Virus record (IMG/VR): IMGVR_UViG_3300031993_000007
Reading direction: 5' to 3' (one strand)
Source of the DNA: a virus
Taxonomy: Duplodnaviria; Caudoviricetes
DNA: 64,000 bases
The position numbers were made by a program, and so were the translations under genes. Within the stretch, counting starts at the first letter, position 1; each line of letters starts with the position of its first letter. The notes under the pieces were generated by a model. It was given only the letters and a program-made list of their open reading frames with translations, was not told the DNA's origin and did no database searches. Shown piece by piece: positions 44,783 through 54,922 of the stretch.

Positions 44783-45274
44783 TCATAGACTTTTTCTAAA
44801 AAGTCTTTTTTCAGCTTCGATATCTTCTTCAGTCTTGTGGCCATAAATAGATAAGAAAACCTTGTCAAAGCTTTCTTTATTGATCTTCACGGATATAAAG
44901 CCCTGATACACCATTACTAAGCCATAGCCTAGAATTAATACGTTCTCAAGGTACTCAGCCAAGGCGATATCAATGTATCCAATTTTGGCGCACATATACA
45001 TGGTTAGAGCGTTGGCAAGAATTACAAACTTCATGGTCGCATACCCTAGATGGGTACTGAATCCAAATATCGTGTCAGTCCTTTGACTTCTGTTATACAG
45101 AGCTAATACGTACCAAAAGATTGGAATCATCATATACGCCGACGGAGGAGCCTCAAAAAACTTGGCTATCGATCCGCCGACAATTCCAAGGAATGCTCTT
45201 GACGAACTCTTGATGCGATTAGTTCCGTCTGTAAACACTTGCCAAAACATTGTTTCGTAGTTACTCACCTTCAA
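44783..45274 (-). CDS. multi-pass membrane protein
   Basis: 3-4 hydrophobic segments; AAGGAG SD. Confidence 0.75.
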   Translation of the reverse strand: MKVSNYETMFWQVFTDGTNRIKSSSRAFLGIVGGSIAKFFEAPPSAYMMIPIFWYVLALYNRSQRTDTIFGFSTHLGYATMKFVILANALTMYMCAKIGYIDIALAEYLENVLILGYGLVMVYQGFISVKINKESFDKVFLSIYGHKTEEDIEAEKRLFRKSL

Positions 45275-46445
45275 TCAACTCCTTGCAAATCCAAAAGATT
45301 AATGAATCTTGTCTAAACCACCTGGGAGGTCTGAATTCCATTGTATTGAAGTACTTAATAGGATTAGAGGACAACTCGTCTGCTAATAGCTTTCCAACTA
45401 AAGTAACCGTAGAAGTTCTCTTTCCAATAAGCTTTTCGTCCTTGAAAGACTGGAATTGTTCAGACAATTTATTAGCTAAATTAGACAATTCAGAAAGGTC
45501 ATTGGCGAGTTGCTTAAACCTTTCTGGAGAGTCATTTTGAGCATATCTCCGGGCTTCGATGTTGAAGCTGAACATTCCTCCTCCAATGCTTTTAAGCTTG
45601 TAGAGAAATTGCTCGAACAGCGGATTCGCATTCGCAAGGAGTTCTGCATCAGTGCTGTATCCAGATGGAGCATACCTACACAACCTTGTGGTCATGTCGG
45701 CAAGCTCATTTATGTCTCTAAAATTTGGCTTGTAGATCAGCGTCCCATACCAGTCTATGGTAGAGGGAGCATTACTTCTTTCGTGATACTGGTATATACC
45801 ATCACGAACTTTTCCTTTCTTCTCGCCTTCTTTAAACCATTTAGGGAACTTCTCCTTAATACGATTTGAAATTCGAATGTTCATGAAGTCAACTCCCATA
45901 GAATATAGGATTGCTTCATTAGAACTCGTATAACCGCATTTGGGAATAGGTGTGCCCTTAGATTCATAAAGCTCTATAAATCTGTCTGCCCAAGTCACGA
46001 ATGAAAGGCACGCATAATCCTTAGAATTGTTCCATCCGCCAGCTTCCCTAGTGGAATTAGACCAGAGTCTATAAGATGCGATCGGAACAACCCCTGTATA
46101 ATTCTTGAATTTTGTTTTACCTTCAATAGTAAACGGATTGTATTTTCCTCTTGTAGGCTGATGTTGGTCTTTATACCTTCTGAAGAACTCGTGGAACAGA
46201 AGATGATTTGGAATACAGCCTCTTGCAATATATACAGCATCCGCAATAGCCTTCAGATCGTCTTCAGACTTTCCAACGAGAATATCGTAAAGAAGCATCT
46301 CTTTGTATTCTTCAAGATTTATAGGATGTCTGTTTTCAAATCTTTGTTCGTAGAAAATAGATTGCTTAGTTTCTATCCTTGTTTCGTTGTAAAGAATCGT
46401 CGCAGCCTTCCTTAAGATAGGTCTGCGCAGATGTTTTTCTTTCAT
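45261..46445 (-). CDS. 394-aa protein with C-terminal DP module
   Basis: ELSSNPIKYFNTM ... KELIEGE*. Confidence 0.8.
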   Translation of the reverse strand: MKEKHLRRPILRKAATILYNETRIETKQSIFYEQRFENRHPINLEEYKEMLLYDILVGKSEDDLKAIADAVYIARGCIPNHLLFHEFFRRYKDQHQPTRGKYNPFTIEGKTKFKNYTGVVPIASYRLWSNSTREAGGWNNSKDYACLSFVTWADRFIELYESKGTPIPKCGYTSSNEAILYSMGVDFMNIRISNRIKEKFPKWFKEGEKKGKVRDGIYQYHERSNAPSTIDWYGTLIYKPNFRDINELADMTTRLCRYAPSGYSTDAELLANANPLFEQFLYKLKSIGGGMFSFNIEARRYAQNDSPERFKQLANDLSELSNLANKLSEQFQSFKDEKLIGKRTSTVTLVGKLLADELSSNPIKYFNTMEFRPPRWFRQDSLIFWICKELIEGE

Positions 46446-46446
46446 A

Positions 46447-47982
46447 TTATTCCTCAGGGTTGATAAATGCGCTAGCTATATCGTGTATAGAACGATAGAA
46501 GATGAAGTCTTGTTCTTCTATGTCGTTCATTTGTCCGGCAGTAGGTTTGGCATTATTCAGCCATTCCAAAGCGTTATTGTACATAGTGATCGGATCCAAC
46601 TTGATTTCGTTGAAGAGTACCTTAAAGAATTCCATTATATTCTTTCCGATATCATTGGTCTCTCTGTACATATTTTCAAGAGCACTGTATACCTCTTCCT
46701 TAGACTGAACTTTGTCAAGAAGGGCTTTGCAAGACGCTATCCATTCTTGGGCTTCTGCTCCAAAGACTTGGAATCTTTGGAACGTAGGCCTTCTGGTTTG
46801 GTTCTCCATAGCCTTTTCAATTAAAGACGAAGCATTTATTATCGCAGACATAGCCATTAAAAATACTGGATAAGCCGGAAGCAACCTAGATGAGGCCCAC
46901 GCCAAGAATTCTTTGTTGCTGCGGAAGCTCCCAATCATTTCTGAAGCGCAGAGATAGACAGTATGGTCTATGTTGTAAGCTAAATCAGCTTTCAACTCCC
47001 AGCATCCGTTAACTACAGAAGGACTGGAATTTTCAAACACTACAGAGAGCTTTCGAACCGCAGAAAGATTATCACCTTCTTCAAGTCTGTGTAGTACAAG
47101 TTTCTTAGGCCAGCACAAAGCCGCAAGTACCGCATCAATGACATCGCCTTTGGAGCTCATGTCATAGTAGTCGAATAAGACATTGCTGCCATCCTTTTTG
47201 GCATCCTTGTCAATATTGTCAATTACTGAAGTGATAGTATCGCCGAAGTTTTCTCCATAAATACGAAGATAACGTCCAGCTATATTGTCAGATCTTCGAT
47301 TAACGAACAGATGAATAGGATTTACTAGCGATGACAAATTCTGAACATCTTGCATCAAACAAACGGTGCTGTACGCCCATTCATGCTCGTACGCCATCTG
47401 CCTTCCCATAATAACATAGATATCTTCAAGTTTCCTTGCACCTTCGCTATATGCTTCCTGAAGCAAAGCATTCATTCCTTGTTCAATCGTTTTGTGGAGC
47501 AATGGAAGTTCTTCGTTATAGACTTCCAGAAAAGCTTCACGGAACTTTTCCGGAGTTCCGGCCGATTTAAGCTTATTCCAATGCTTGCTATTGTTTCTGA
47601 TTTCGGCAGATCCAATGAACATGCAAGTTTCAATCCAGGTTTGTCTATAAAGTCTAGCAGATACGCTGTCTTCGCCCAACAACAGACGACGATATAGGCC
47701 GTCACGACGGATCATACCGTTGTTATACTCGTAATACTCCGTTCCCTTAGGGCGCCACTTAAATTGCGGATGGCCAGCCATTGCCTGAACAGCGGCGTCT
47801 GCATGAATAGCGGCATTCTGTTTATTGCATTCATTTTTCAAAGTTTCTCGAAGCTGATCAATTTCTTCTCGATTCCAGATATGGTTAGAAAAATCTATCT
47901 CTCCTTTCTCGATAAGATCAAGCAGAATTTCTGTATTACTCGGCTTTTTGACCTTTAAGTCTTGTATTCTTGGTGTGCTCAT
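46447..47982 (-). CDS. ~511-aa protein with C-terminal DP module (start revised to MSTPRI)
   Basis: GGAG SD after promoter 48010-48016; EIKLDPITMYNNAL. Confidence 0.8.
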   Translation of the reverse strand: MSTPRIQDLKVKKPSNTEILLDLIEKGEIDFSNHIWNREEIDQLRETLKNECNKQNAAIHADAAVQAMAGHPQFKWRPKGTEYYEYNNGMIRRDGLYRRLLLGEDSVSARLYRQTWIETCMFIGSAEIRNNSKHWNKLKSAGTPEKFREAFLEVYNEELPLLHKTIEQGMNALLQEAYSEGARKLEDIYVIMGRQMAYEHEWAYSTVCLMQDVQNLSSLVNPIHLFVNRRSDNIAGRYLRIYGENFGDTITSVIDNIDKDAKKDGSNVLFDYYDMSSKGDVIDAVLAALCWPKKLVLHRLEEGDNLSAVRKLSVVFENSSPSVVNGCWELKADLAYNIDHTVYLCASEMIGSFRSNKEFLAWASSRLLPAYPVFLMAMSAIINASSLIEKAMENQTRRPTFQRFQVFGAEAQEWIASCKALLDKVQSKEEVYSALENMYRETNDIGKNIMEFFKVLFNEIKLDPITMYNNALEWLNNAKPTAGQMNDIEEQDFIFYRSIHDIASAFINPEE

Positions 47983-48009
47983 AATTTCTCCATTAAGGTT
48001 GTCAGGATA

Positions 48010-48050
48010 TAATATAGAACCGTTATCCATCTCTGGATAACGGTTCTATA
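48010..48050 (-). promoter_or_regulatory. portal terminator overlapping an early promoter (48010-48016)
   Basis: TATAGAACCGTTATCCA/TGGATAACGGTTCTATA stem. Confidence 0.75.
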
Positions 48051-48054
48051 TAGG

Positions 48055-50409
48055 TTAGCCCCACGGGTTGTTGGAGCCGCCACTTTCTTCTCCACCTTCG
48101 CTATTTGCGGGTTGAGCATTAGCAGCTTCCTTAATGATTTCCTCTCTGGCCTTCATGAGATCAGCTTCCTTGCTATCTTCACGAATAGACTTGAGTAGTT
48201 CTTCAACTTCTTCCCAATCAATACCACTTGTGTATTTCTTGATAAGAGCTTTGCGGAATTCTGGACGACATGCTTCATCAGCCTCAGAGGGTTGTTCTCC
48301 CATGACGGTTTGGATGATAAAGTCAGCCAAGGCTGTGGCTCGAGTAGAAGATTCTTCCATCTGCTTGCCATCAAGGGTAGTCGGAGGCGGATAACGGACT
48401 TCGAATTCTGTGGTTCCAGAAGTCTTTTCATTTTCTTTCAGCTGCCTGAACAGAGTGGTGAATCCACGGTTGGTGATTTTCTGATACATGTTGATGGTCT
48501 TCAGAACGTTACCATTCTGCTGAACAAGCTGCGTAGCGAATTCCACTTCGCTCATACCTGTATCAAGCCAAGAAGACGGGAAGCCAGTTCCAGCCACAAT
48601 AGACTTCAGCATGTGATCAAGGAAGTCATTATTGATTTCTGCCGGACGTCCTGCATAGGTATCGAACTCGACAGCTTTCTTGCCATCCACGGTAGGAATG
48701 TACATGGCGTTAGAAGCCGTAACACGGTTGATAATTGCAGTGATGTCAGAGAAGTCATCAATGGTGATTTCTCGGCTTCGCATATCAGCAATAAAGCTCT
48801 GGACAGCGCCTTCGGAGTCTTCATCAAGGCCAGTCTCCACGTAGAAGACCTGTTTGTCTTTGCCCATGATGATCTGCTGCATAAGAGCGCTAAGCATACT
48901 CAGAGAATAGAGCTTTGCGAAGTACAGCACCGGATCCAAGACGGATTCACCATAGGTTCGGGTTCCACGCTTAAAGTGAATCACCCGAGACGCCGGAATG
49001 AAGATCACAGACGTGCGTTCAATAGCCTTGTTGGCCTTGAGGATCGTATAGATGAAATCACGGAACTGCGAGTTCTTTGCAATCCACTTTTTGTTAATCT
49101 TCTTACCAAGACGCTTAACAAAGATGTCAGTGAGCACCTGAGCCTTCTGGTCAATACCTGTAGCTCCCTTGCGGTTCAAGTGAGATACAAAGCTGTACAT
49201 GCTTCGATTGGTATTGAAGGTCAGATCACAAGCTGCACACGCATTCGGATCATAGGAAAGACTGTCATGGGTATCGCTACTAAACATCACGTCTAGGTAA
49301 TAATACCCAATGCAGGTTCCGCCCACTTCAACTTTGATGGTCTTTGTGGGTTCAAGATGACGAATGATGGATCCAGTCAGGTTATATCTGGATACTTTAC
49401 CTGCGGCCTCAGAAGCAATTTCGTATTTCTTTCCTTTAGAAGAGTTTTCTATTTCTTGGAGAGAGTCTGTCTCGGCCATTTCCTTAAGGATTTCAACTTC
49501 ATCTTGGCCAAGAAGTTTATAAAGATTTTCGCTGTATTCAACATTCAAGAATTTATCGACTTCAGTCTCCCACTTTTCCGGAGTCATATCAGAGAATACT
49601 GGTTTAGCAATAGGCTTACGGTCTTTACCAATTCTAGCTACGTACTTGTCATAGTCGTTATTGATGAATTCCTTAACCATAGAGTTAAGCGTAGAGGCTT
49701 CTTCTTGGGCGATGCTCATTCCAGAAGCACTTAGATCACGATTGTCCTGAACGCTTTCTTGTCCATAGACCGAGCCATTCAAGATGTCGTTCACTTCGCT
49801 TTCGAAGTTCAAGCACACGGCAAACCCATCACCGTACTTAACAAGGTCGCCAACTAGCTTGAGAGACAATTCTTCAGAAACTTTGTACTTTTCATCAAGC
49901 TCTTTAAGCAAGGTCTGTTGACTTTCAATTTCCACTTCATCATCTATGTTGGAATTGTTGATGATGAATTCAAAGTCGGTATTCTTGAAGTCGTTAGGAC
50001 TGATGATCATGTCTCGATAGAGCTGAACGATCCTTCCAAGTTGAGGAATCATCGCACAGACTGCATCAATACTGCGATACCTAGAGAAACGGTTAGTGTC
50101 TTCATTAAAGATTAAGCTGGTGCGGCCACTTTCAACTTCATCAATAAATCCATTAGCATTCTTGTATTTGCTAGAACTGTTGGAAGTATTTCGGCTGGTA
50201 AACACGTTCTCGTTGATAAACTGAACGATATCAGGGCGTTTACCAGTTACCGCATAAGAATTTATCTTCTTAAGACTCGCTTTAGCTGCACTAGCTAAAG
50301 CATTCAGATTAGCACTGTCCTTGGCAGTGTCCAATCCGTAAAACCCTTTTTCGATCTTAGTATTTAGTTTACTAACATCTTTCTTGTAAGCATTATTGTT
50401 AGAGGCCAT
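48055..50409 (-). CDS. portal protein (phiKZ-type, 784 aa)
   Basis: RYRSID..C..IPQL...V....D.IISP, LVKYGDGF, IPASRVIHFK, YGESVLDP, K.VFYVE.G, GTGFP; late promoter upstream. Confidence 0.8.
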   Translation of the reverse strand: MASNNNAYKKDVSKLNTKIEKGFYGLDTAKDSANLNALASAAKASLKKINSYAVTGKRPDIVQFINENVFTSRNTSNSSSKYKNANGFIDEVESGRTSLIFNEDTNRFSRYRSIDAVCAMIPQLGRIVQLYRDMIISPNDFKNTDFEFIINNSNIDDEVEIESQQTLLKELDEKYKVSEELSLKLVGDLVKYGDGFAVCLNFESEVNDILNGSVYGQESVQDNRDLSASGMSIAQEEASTLNSMVKEFINNDYDKYVARIGKDRKPIAKPVFSDMTPEKWETEVDKFLNVEYSENLYKLLGQDEVEILKEMAETDSLQEIENSSKGKKYEIASEAAGKVSRYNLTGSIIRHLEPTKTIKVEVGGTCIGYYYLDVMFSSDTHDSLSYDPNACAACDLTFNTNRSMYSFVSHLNRKGATGIDQKAQVLTDIFVKRLGKKINKKWIAKNSQFRDFIYTILKANKAIERTSVIFIPASRVIHFKRGTRTYGESVLDPVLYFAKLYSLSMLSALMQQIIMGKDKQVFYVETGLDEDSEGAVQSFIADMRSREITIDDFSDITAIINRVTASNAMYIPTVDGKKAVEFDTYAGRPAEINNDFLDHMLKSIVAGTGFPSSWLDTGMSEVEFATQLVQQNGNVLKTINMYQKITNRGFTTLFRQLKENEKTSGTTEFEVRYPPPTTLDGKQMEESSTRATALADFIIQTVMGEQPSEADEACRPEFRKALIKKYTSGIDWEEVEELLKSIREDSKEADLMKAREEIIKEAANAQPANSEGGEESGGSNNPWG

Positions 50410-50430
50410 GATTTACCTATAAATTCATTA

Positions 50431-50497
50431 CAATATGAAGTTGAACCTAGCTAAAGAATCAAAAAATAAAAGTCTGCACCGGGGTGGTACAGACTTA
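50431..50497 (-). promoter_or_regulatory. terminator (~50470-50497) + late promoter AACTTCATATTG (50431-50442)
   Basis: motif 22 nt upstream of the portal ATG. Confidence 0.7.
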
Positions 50498-50507
50498 AGA
50501 CTATTTC

Positions 50508-51647
50508 TTAACTTCCACAATCGGATCCGGAGCAATCTTGGTCAGGACAGCCGACTCCGTCTTGGTTTCCATCAGGAATATTGGGTGCTTCTTTCCCAGC
50601 GCATTGAATGTCTTCTGCGCTAGATCCAGATACTTCTCCCTCTCCGGTTGTTGGCAAGTGTGTGAGGATAAGATTTCGCACTTGCTCAACCCCCGAGCCG
50701 GATCCCCTTTGTAAATCGAATAAGACCAAGTCAACGTTTTCCCTCCCGATGTTGATGGTGATTTCTTCGGATTGTTCAGACGCCTTTGCGCTTCCGGTAT
50801 AACTACCATCTTTCTGGCAGGTGATAGTCAACCATTTTGTAGTCATTTCGGATTTGATCTTTTCGTACTCGACAGTTCCAAACTTCGAAGACTTGAAGGT
50901 TTCAAACTTCTCGTCAGAAGTAGGATTAGAACTCGGAAAGCGTTCAAAGGTATTACTGTCTTCAGGAAGAACAACAATTTCGTCGATGGTCGTTCTGAAT
51001 CCAAGATCGGCGCTATTATCGTTAAGAGCTTCTTCTGCACTGCTTCGGGCAATCGCTACGAGGAGCATTTTGCCAGACAGAGTTGTACGATACCAACGAG
51101 TATACACCTTACCCACTTCAATGTCCTTAAAGGTATTGACAACGGTCGGATAGATGGTTCCGCCAATAGTAGGTTCATAGATCAGAGTAGTGGTTTCTGG
51201 GTCAGCAAGATTTCCAATCTTTGTAGAGCTTACTTCAGTTGTAAGAACCTTCTGAAGGGTTACATTGCCAGACTTAGCAGCTCTGTAAGATTTGATATGG
51301 TCGTAGCCGTTTCCGTTGTTGTGCATTTCCACATACAAGAACGGAACACCATTTTCGTTTTCGTTCACTGTGATGATTTCATCCGGAAGAACCTTACCAT
51401 TCTTGAAATTTTGAAGCAAGATAGTATTTCGCTTGGAAAGAGCCTTGCAGATGGGGCCATCAGGCTTTCCAAACTTGTACGATCCCCATTTCACGGAGTC
51501 TTCTTCAGTAACGAGAAAGTCTCCATGAAGGATCTTGGTGCCACGGATTACGGTGAGGAAGTCGTCTTCGCCGCTAGGGAGTTTTAATTTTTTGGTGAGT
51601 ACGGACATAAGTCTCCTAGATGTCAATGAGGATATTTTTGAATTCAA
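50508..51647 (-). CDS. hypothetical protein (~365-379 aa)
   Basis: long ORF; AGGAG SD favours the start at MSVLTK. Confidence 0.8.
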   Translation of the reverse strand: MNSKISSLTSRRLMSVLTKKLKLPSGEDDFLTVIRGTKILHGDFLVTEEDSVKWGSYKFGKPDGPICKALSKRNTILLQNFKNGKVLPDEIITVNENENGVPFLYVEMHNNGNGYDHIKSYRAAKSGNVTLQKVLTTEVSSTKIGNLADPETTTLIYEPTIGGTIYPTVVNTFKDIEVGKVYTRWYRTTLSGKMLLVAIARSSAEEALNDNSADLGFRTTIDEIVVLPEDSNTFERFPSSNPTSDEKFETFKSSKFGTVEYEKIKSEMTTKWLTITCQKDGSYTGSAKASEQSEEITINIGRENVDLVLFDLQRGSGSGVEQVRNLILTHLPTTGEGEVSGSSAEDIQCAGKEAPNIPDGNQDGVGCPDQDCSGSDCGS

Positions 51648-52278
51648 CTAAAGTCACAAATTTCTCTGTAATGAACAAGCCAAACGGCGTTCCAAAATTG
51701 TCATCCTTGGGCTGAACTGCAAAGAGCGTTTCTCCAATCAAGAATGGCTTTGGAATGTTTCGCTTATTAAGATACAGAACCGAAGATGGCTCTTTGGATA
51801 GCGCTTGCGTTCCAGGCACACCGATGGATCCGTCTTTAAGGTTAAGCTGAAGCTGTTCTGGATTAGCCGGAAGAGTGAAATCTAGCCATCCAAGAGAATC
51901 AACAATTTCTTTTACAGGATTGTATTCCTTTGTGACCTTGAAAGTTCTGATTGTAACACTGTCTTCAGACTTCAGCAGCTTGACGTGAAATCCTTCTTCG
52001 CACGGAGTAATTGCTCCGATGTTCTTTGGTTCCTTCAAGGCCTTCAGATCTTGCAAGTCAATATTGAAGTTCGGAATATCCGCAAACCAATCATTCTCAG
52101 ACTGCTGCTGGACATACATCGTCACCACCCCTCTGGTCTGACTGTAAAGCAATTGTAACGTTTTGCCCTCTACAGTAATCCGTTCAGGAGGTTCCGGAAA
52201 GGACGAAATCACCTTGTACAAATCTGCACAAGCCTTCTTCATCCTTGTTTCAATGGGTTCAATTTTCTTGGTTGCCAA
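51616..52278 (-). CDS. hypothetical protein
   Basis: GAGG SD + TTG; TATATTA at 52305-52311. Confidence 0.8.
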   Translation of the reverse strand: MATKKIEPIETRMKKACADLYKVISSFPEPPERITVEGKTLQLLYSQTRGVVTMYVQQQSENDWFADIPNFNIDLQDLKALKEPKNIGAITPCEEGFHVKLLKSEDSVTIRTFKVTKEYNPVKEIVDSLGWLDFTLPANPEQLQLNLKDGSIGVPGTQALSKEPSSVLYLNKRNIPKPFLIGETLFAVQPKDDNFGTPFGLFITEKFVTLVEFKNILIDI

Positions 52279-52303
52279 TTTCTACCTCGGGTTAAAGCAA
52301 AGA

Positions 52304-53119
52304 TTAATATACTTTCGTCTTATACTGAAGACAGACTTTGGAAGTGAAGCCGCTGTTCTTGTCAATGCTGATGAGATATACTCTGTAATACTCGATGTTA
52401 TGGATGAAATCTTTGTAATAGATTATATCACCATCAGCATTGCGGGCTATCTCTTCATCCCTAACAAGTCTCTTGGTTTCAGCAGAGCTCTCGATGTATC
52501 CTTTAACCCTGAGCGTTCTACCTTTACTGTCATTCTCGTAGTATATAGAACAAAGATCGTAGTTGTCTTTGTATGTCTCTACTTCTTTCACCAAGAATCC
52601 AGATTCGTCATAGGTAAACTTGTGTGTTACTTCATTTCCAAAGACTCTGGCTTCTATCTTCTGATTCTTTTCGTTATAAGTATTTTCCTCGCAGATTATA
52701 GGAGCTCCAGCCTTGTCATAATTAGGCTTGAAGCATCGAGTCATGTTTCCGTGGGCATCGTACTCATAAAGAATTTCAATTCCTTCAGAATCTTTAGTCC
52801 TTATAAGCTTTCCGAACAGAGGATTTCCTCGTTCGTTATTGTAAGACTTTGAAAGAGTAAAGCCATTCTTGTGACGTTCGGCGGCTACATTCCCGTAGTT
52901 GTCGAAGACATAATGGACCTCAGAGGTTTTTCCGTCAATTTCAGTCTTTTCAAAGACTTTCTTGCCTAGATTATCAAATATTTCTTCGCTGTAGAAGACG
53001 AAATCAGCGTAATACCCAAGCTTTCCCCTGATAGAAATCATGAAGAGAAAGGTAATGGTTACTACGATAGATATCAGTCCTCCAATGCAGAGTAAAATTT
53101 GTAAAGGGCTTTCTGGCAT
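52304..53119 (-). CDS. membrane-anchored YD/RHS-like repeat protein
   Basis: N-terminal TM; repeats YVFDNYGN, YNNERGN, YEYDAHGN, YNEKNQ, FTYDESG, YENDSKGR, RNADGD. Confidence 0.7.
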   Translation of the reverse strand: MPESPLQILLCIGGLISIVVTITFLFMISIRGKLGYYADFVFYSEEIFDNLGKKVFEKTEIDGKTSEVHYVFDNYGNVAAERHKNGFTLSKSYNNERGNPLFGKLIRTKDSEGIEILYEYDAHGNMTRCFKPNYDKAGAPIICEENTYNEKNQKIEARVFGNEVTHKFTYDESGFLVKEVETYKDNYDLCSIYYENDSKGRTLRVKGYIESSAETKRLVRDEEIARNADGDIIYYKDFIHNIEYYRVYLISIDKNSGFTSKVCLQYKTKVY

Positions 53120-53134
53120 AGTGAATTATTCTCC

Positions 53135-53662
53135 TTAAAGGGTTGAGGTTTGTAATGAACTGTTTACGAATTCTAAGAATCCCTTAGCTGTCACTGGACT
53201 GAAATTCGATCTAGGAACTCCTCTCAAATCCAACCGAAGCTTATTAACGGAAGGATCAGACAGAATCAAATTTAAATTGCCGATTACCCGTAAGGGGTCT
53301 GTAGAGGACTTATCAACAAGATTTAATACAAGATTCTGAAGGATATTTTTAGATTTAAGAATATAACGAACTCCATCATCAAATAACAATTTACAAGGAT
53401 ATCTTTCTACAAATTTTTCTATATCATTGATTGCAGGATTATTAAAGATTTTGAAATCAAGTAATTCTTCAAAATCGTGTATCAAGTTATAACAAAAGAC
53501 TGGAGGACAATTAATCAATGAAGATAAAGACTTATCTTCTTCAGGTACTATTACTCTATAATAGTATTTACTCAAAGTCTGATAAAGGCTTATGAATAGT
53601 GTAGCTATGAATTCATAAGCAGTTATGATTTTCATCCATTCCAAAGTACTAAATTTTTCCAT
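53135..53662 (-). CDS. DP-module family protein
   Basis: KSSTDPLRVIGNL. Confidence 0.75.
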   Translation of the reverse strand: MEKFSTLEWMKIITAYEFIATLFISLYQTLSKYYYRVIVPEEDKSLSSLINCPPVFCYNLIHDFEELLDFKIFNNPAINDIEKFVERYPCKLLFDDGVRYILKSKNILQNLVLNLVDKSSTDPLRVIGNLNLILSDPSVNKLRLDLRGVPRSNFSPVTAKGFLEFVNSSLQTSTL

Positions 53663-54237
53663 TATGACTCCATTGATTTGGTTATATCCTCTTCTAACAA
53701 TGCTGTGTATGTCTTAGATGATGGGCTATATTTCCAAGTATCATCGTCGTCTTTGATAGATCTAAGATGGGTCAGAAAGGATAGAGGATCGATCATAATT
53801 CTTTCTTCAACATCCAGGATCCATTTCTGCCAAACCATTATGAACCCGGAGTACTGCCTAAAAATCTTCTTAGACTCTTCTTCTAGTGAAGAATCATCAG
53901 CATTGATAGCACAATTGCAAAGCTTCTTGAATTCAGGCCAAGTTGTCTTCTCAGAAAACCCAACAAAGGCTTTTGCTATCTTTCCAGATACGGTGAATCC
54001 GACCAGATTTTCTGCACGGCTTATCCAGTTTTTTGTGGATTCTTCCATTTTGATATAAGTAAAGGTAGCATACATCGACTTAATCTGAAAGATATCTCTG
54101 CAAATACTTCTGATCAACAAAAAGATTTGAGTCCTTCTTGTCTCTCTAATTTCTTCAGGCTTCATATGGGTATAAATCACCTCGCTCACAGCTCGTATAT
54201 AATCAGCACGACTCCGTTCACTCAGATTTTTTAGCAT
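53662..54237 (-). CDS. DP-module family protein (start revised to MLKNLS)
   Basis: GGAG SD; RIMIDPLSFLTHL. Confidence 0.8.
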   Translation of the reverse strand: MLKNLSERSRADYIRAVSEVIYTHMKPEEIRETRRTQIFLLIRSICRDIFQIKSMYATFTYIKMEESTKNWISRAENLVGFTVSGKIAKAFVGFSEKTTWPEFKKLCNCAINADDSSLEEESKKIFRQYSGFIMVWQKWILDVEERIMIDPLSFLTHLRSIKDDDDTWKYSPSSKTYTALLEEDITKSMES

Positions 54238-54844
54238 CTTTGGCTCCATTGATGGCATTCCTGGCAAGATCCATGAAGAACTTAATTCCATAGCTTCGGT
54301 CATCAGCTTTGACAAGAATATTGTCCAGCGCTTCAAGATCTGTAAGCATCTTGAAAGGATCGACCTTAAGATTAAAAGCGAAATTTTCTGCCCAAGCTTT
54401 CCATATCGGAAGAGCATCACTAAAGAAATTGTTGTCTATCATAATTTTCGCTTTCTCGTAACTTCCGGCATCATTGCACAGTATAGCGGCTAGCTTCAAA
54501 GTTCCAAAGTAATACCTTACAGACAAACGTGTCTTTTCATTTTTCCAGTCTTCCTTAGTGACATTACACACAATGTATGCAAGCTGTTCTGTAATAGCTT
54601 GGCGTTCCTTCAGCCTTTTGTACACGTCGCTACCATTCTTAACTCTAGGAGTAGGAGGTTCCCACGTAATATCCCAAGACGATTGGCCATACTTTCTTGC
54701 TAAAATCATCAAAGTGTAAAGAAACCTTTGTTCTCTCAACTGAGTATCTAAGGGAAACAATTCATGAACAATTGCGTTTTCAGGCAGTTCTGCGATTCTC
54801 TTCTTAGGTATGCCTAGTTCTTCCGGATTGTTTTCGTTAAACAT
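54218..54844 (-). CDS. DP-module family protein
   Basis: NLKVDPFKMLTDL; first gene after early promoter 54870-54876. Confidence 0.8.
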   Translation of the reverse strand: MFNENNPEELGIPKKRIAELPENAIVHELFPLDTQLREQRFLYTLMILARKYGQSSWDITWEPPTPRVKNGSDVYKRLKERQAITEQLAYIVCNVTKEDWKNEKTRLSVRYYFGTLKLAAILCNDAGSYEKAKIMIDNNFFSDALPIWKAWAENFAFNLKVDPFKMLTDLEALDNILVKADDRSYGIKFFMDLARNAINGAKDAKKSE

Positions 54845-54922
54845 AATTCTCCTTGGTTGTTGCCCTATTTAATATACAATAAAAAAGAAGCCGCCTCTTT
54901 CGAGACGACTCCTTGCTTGATG

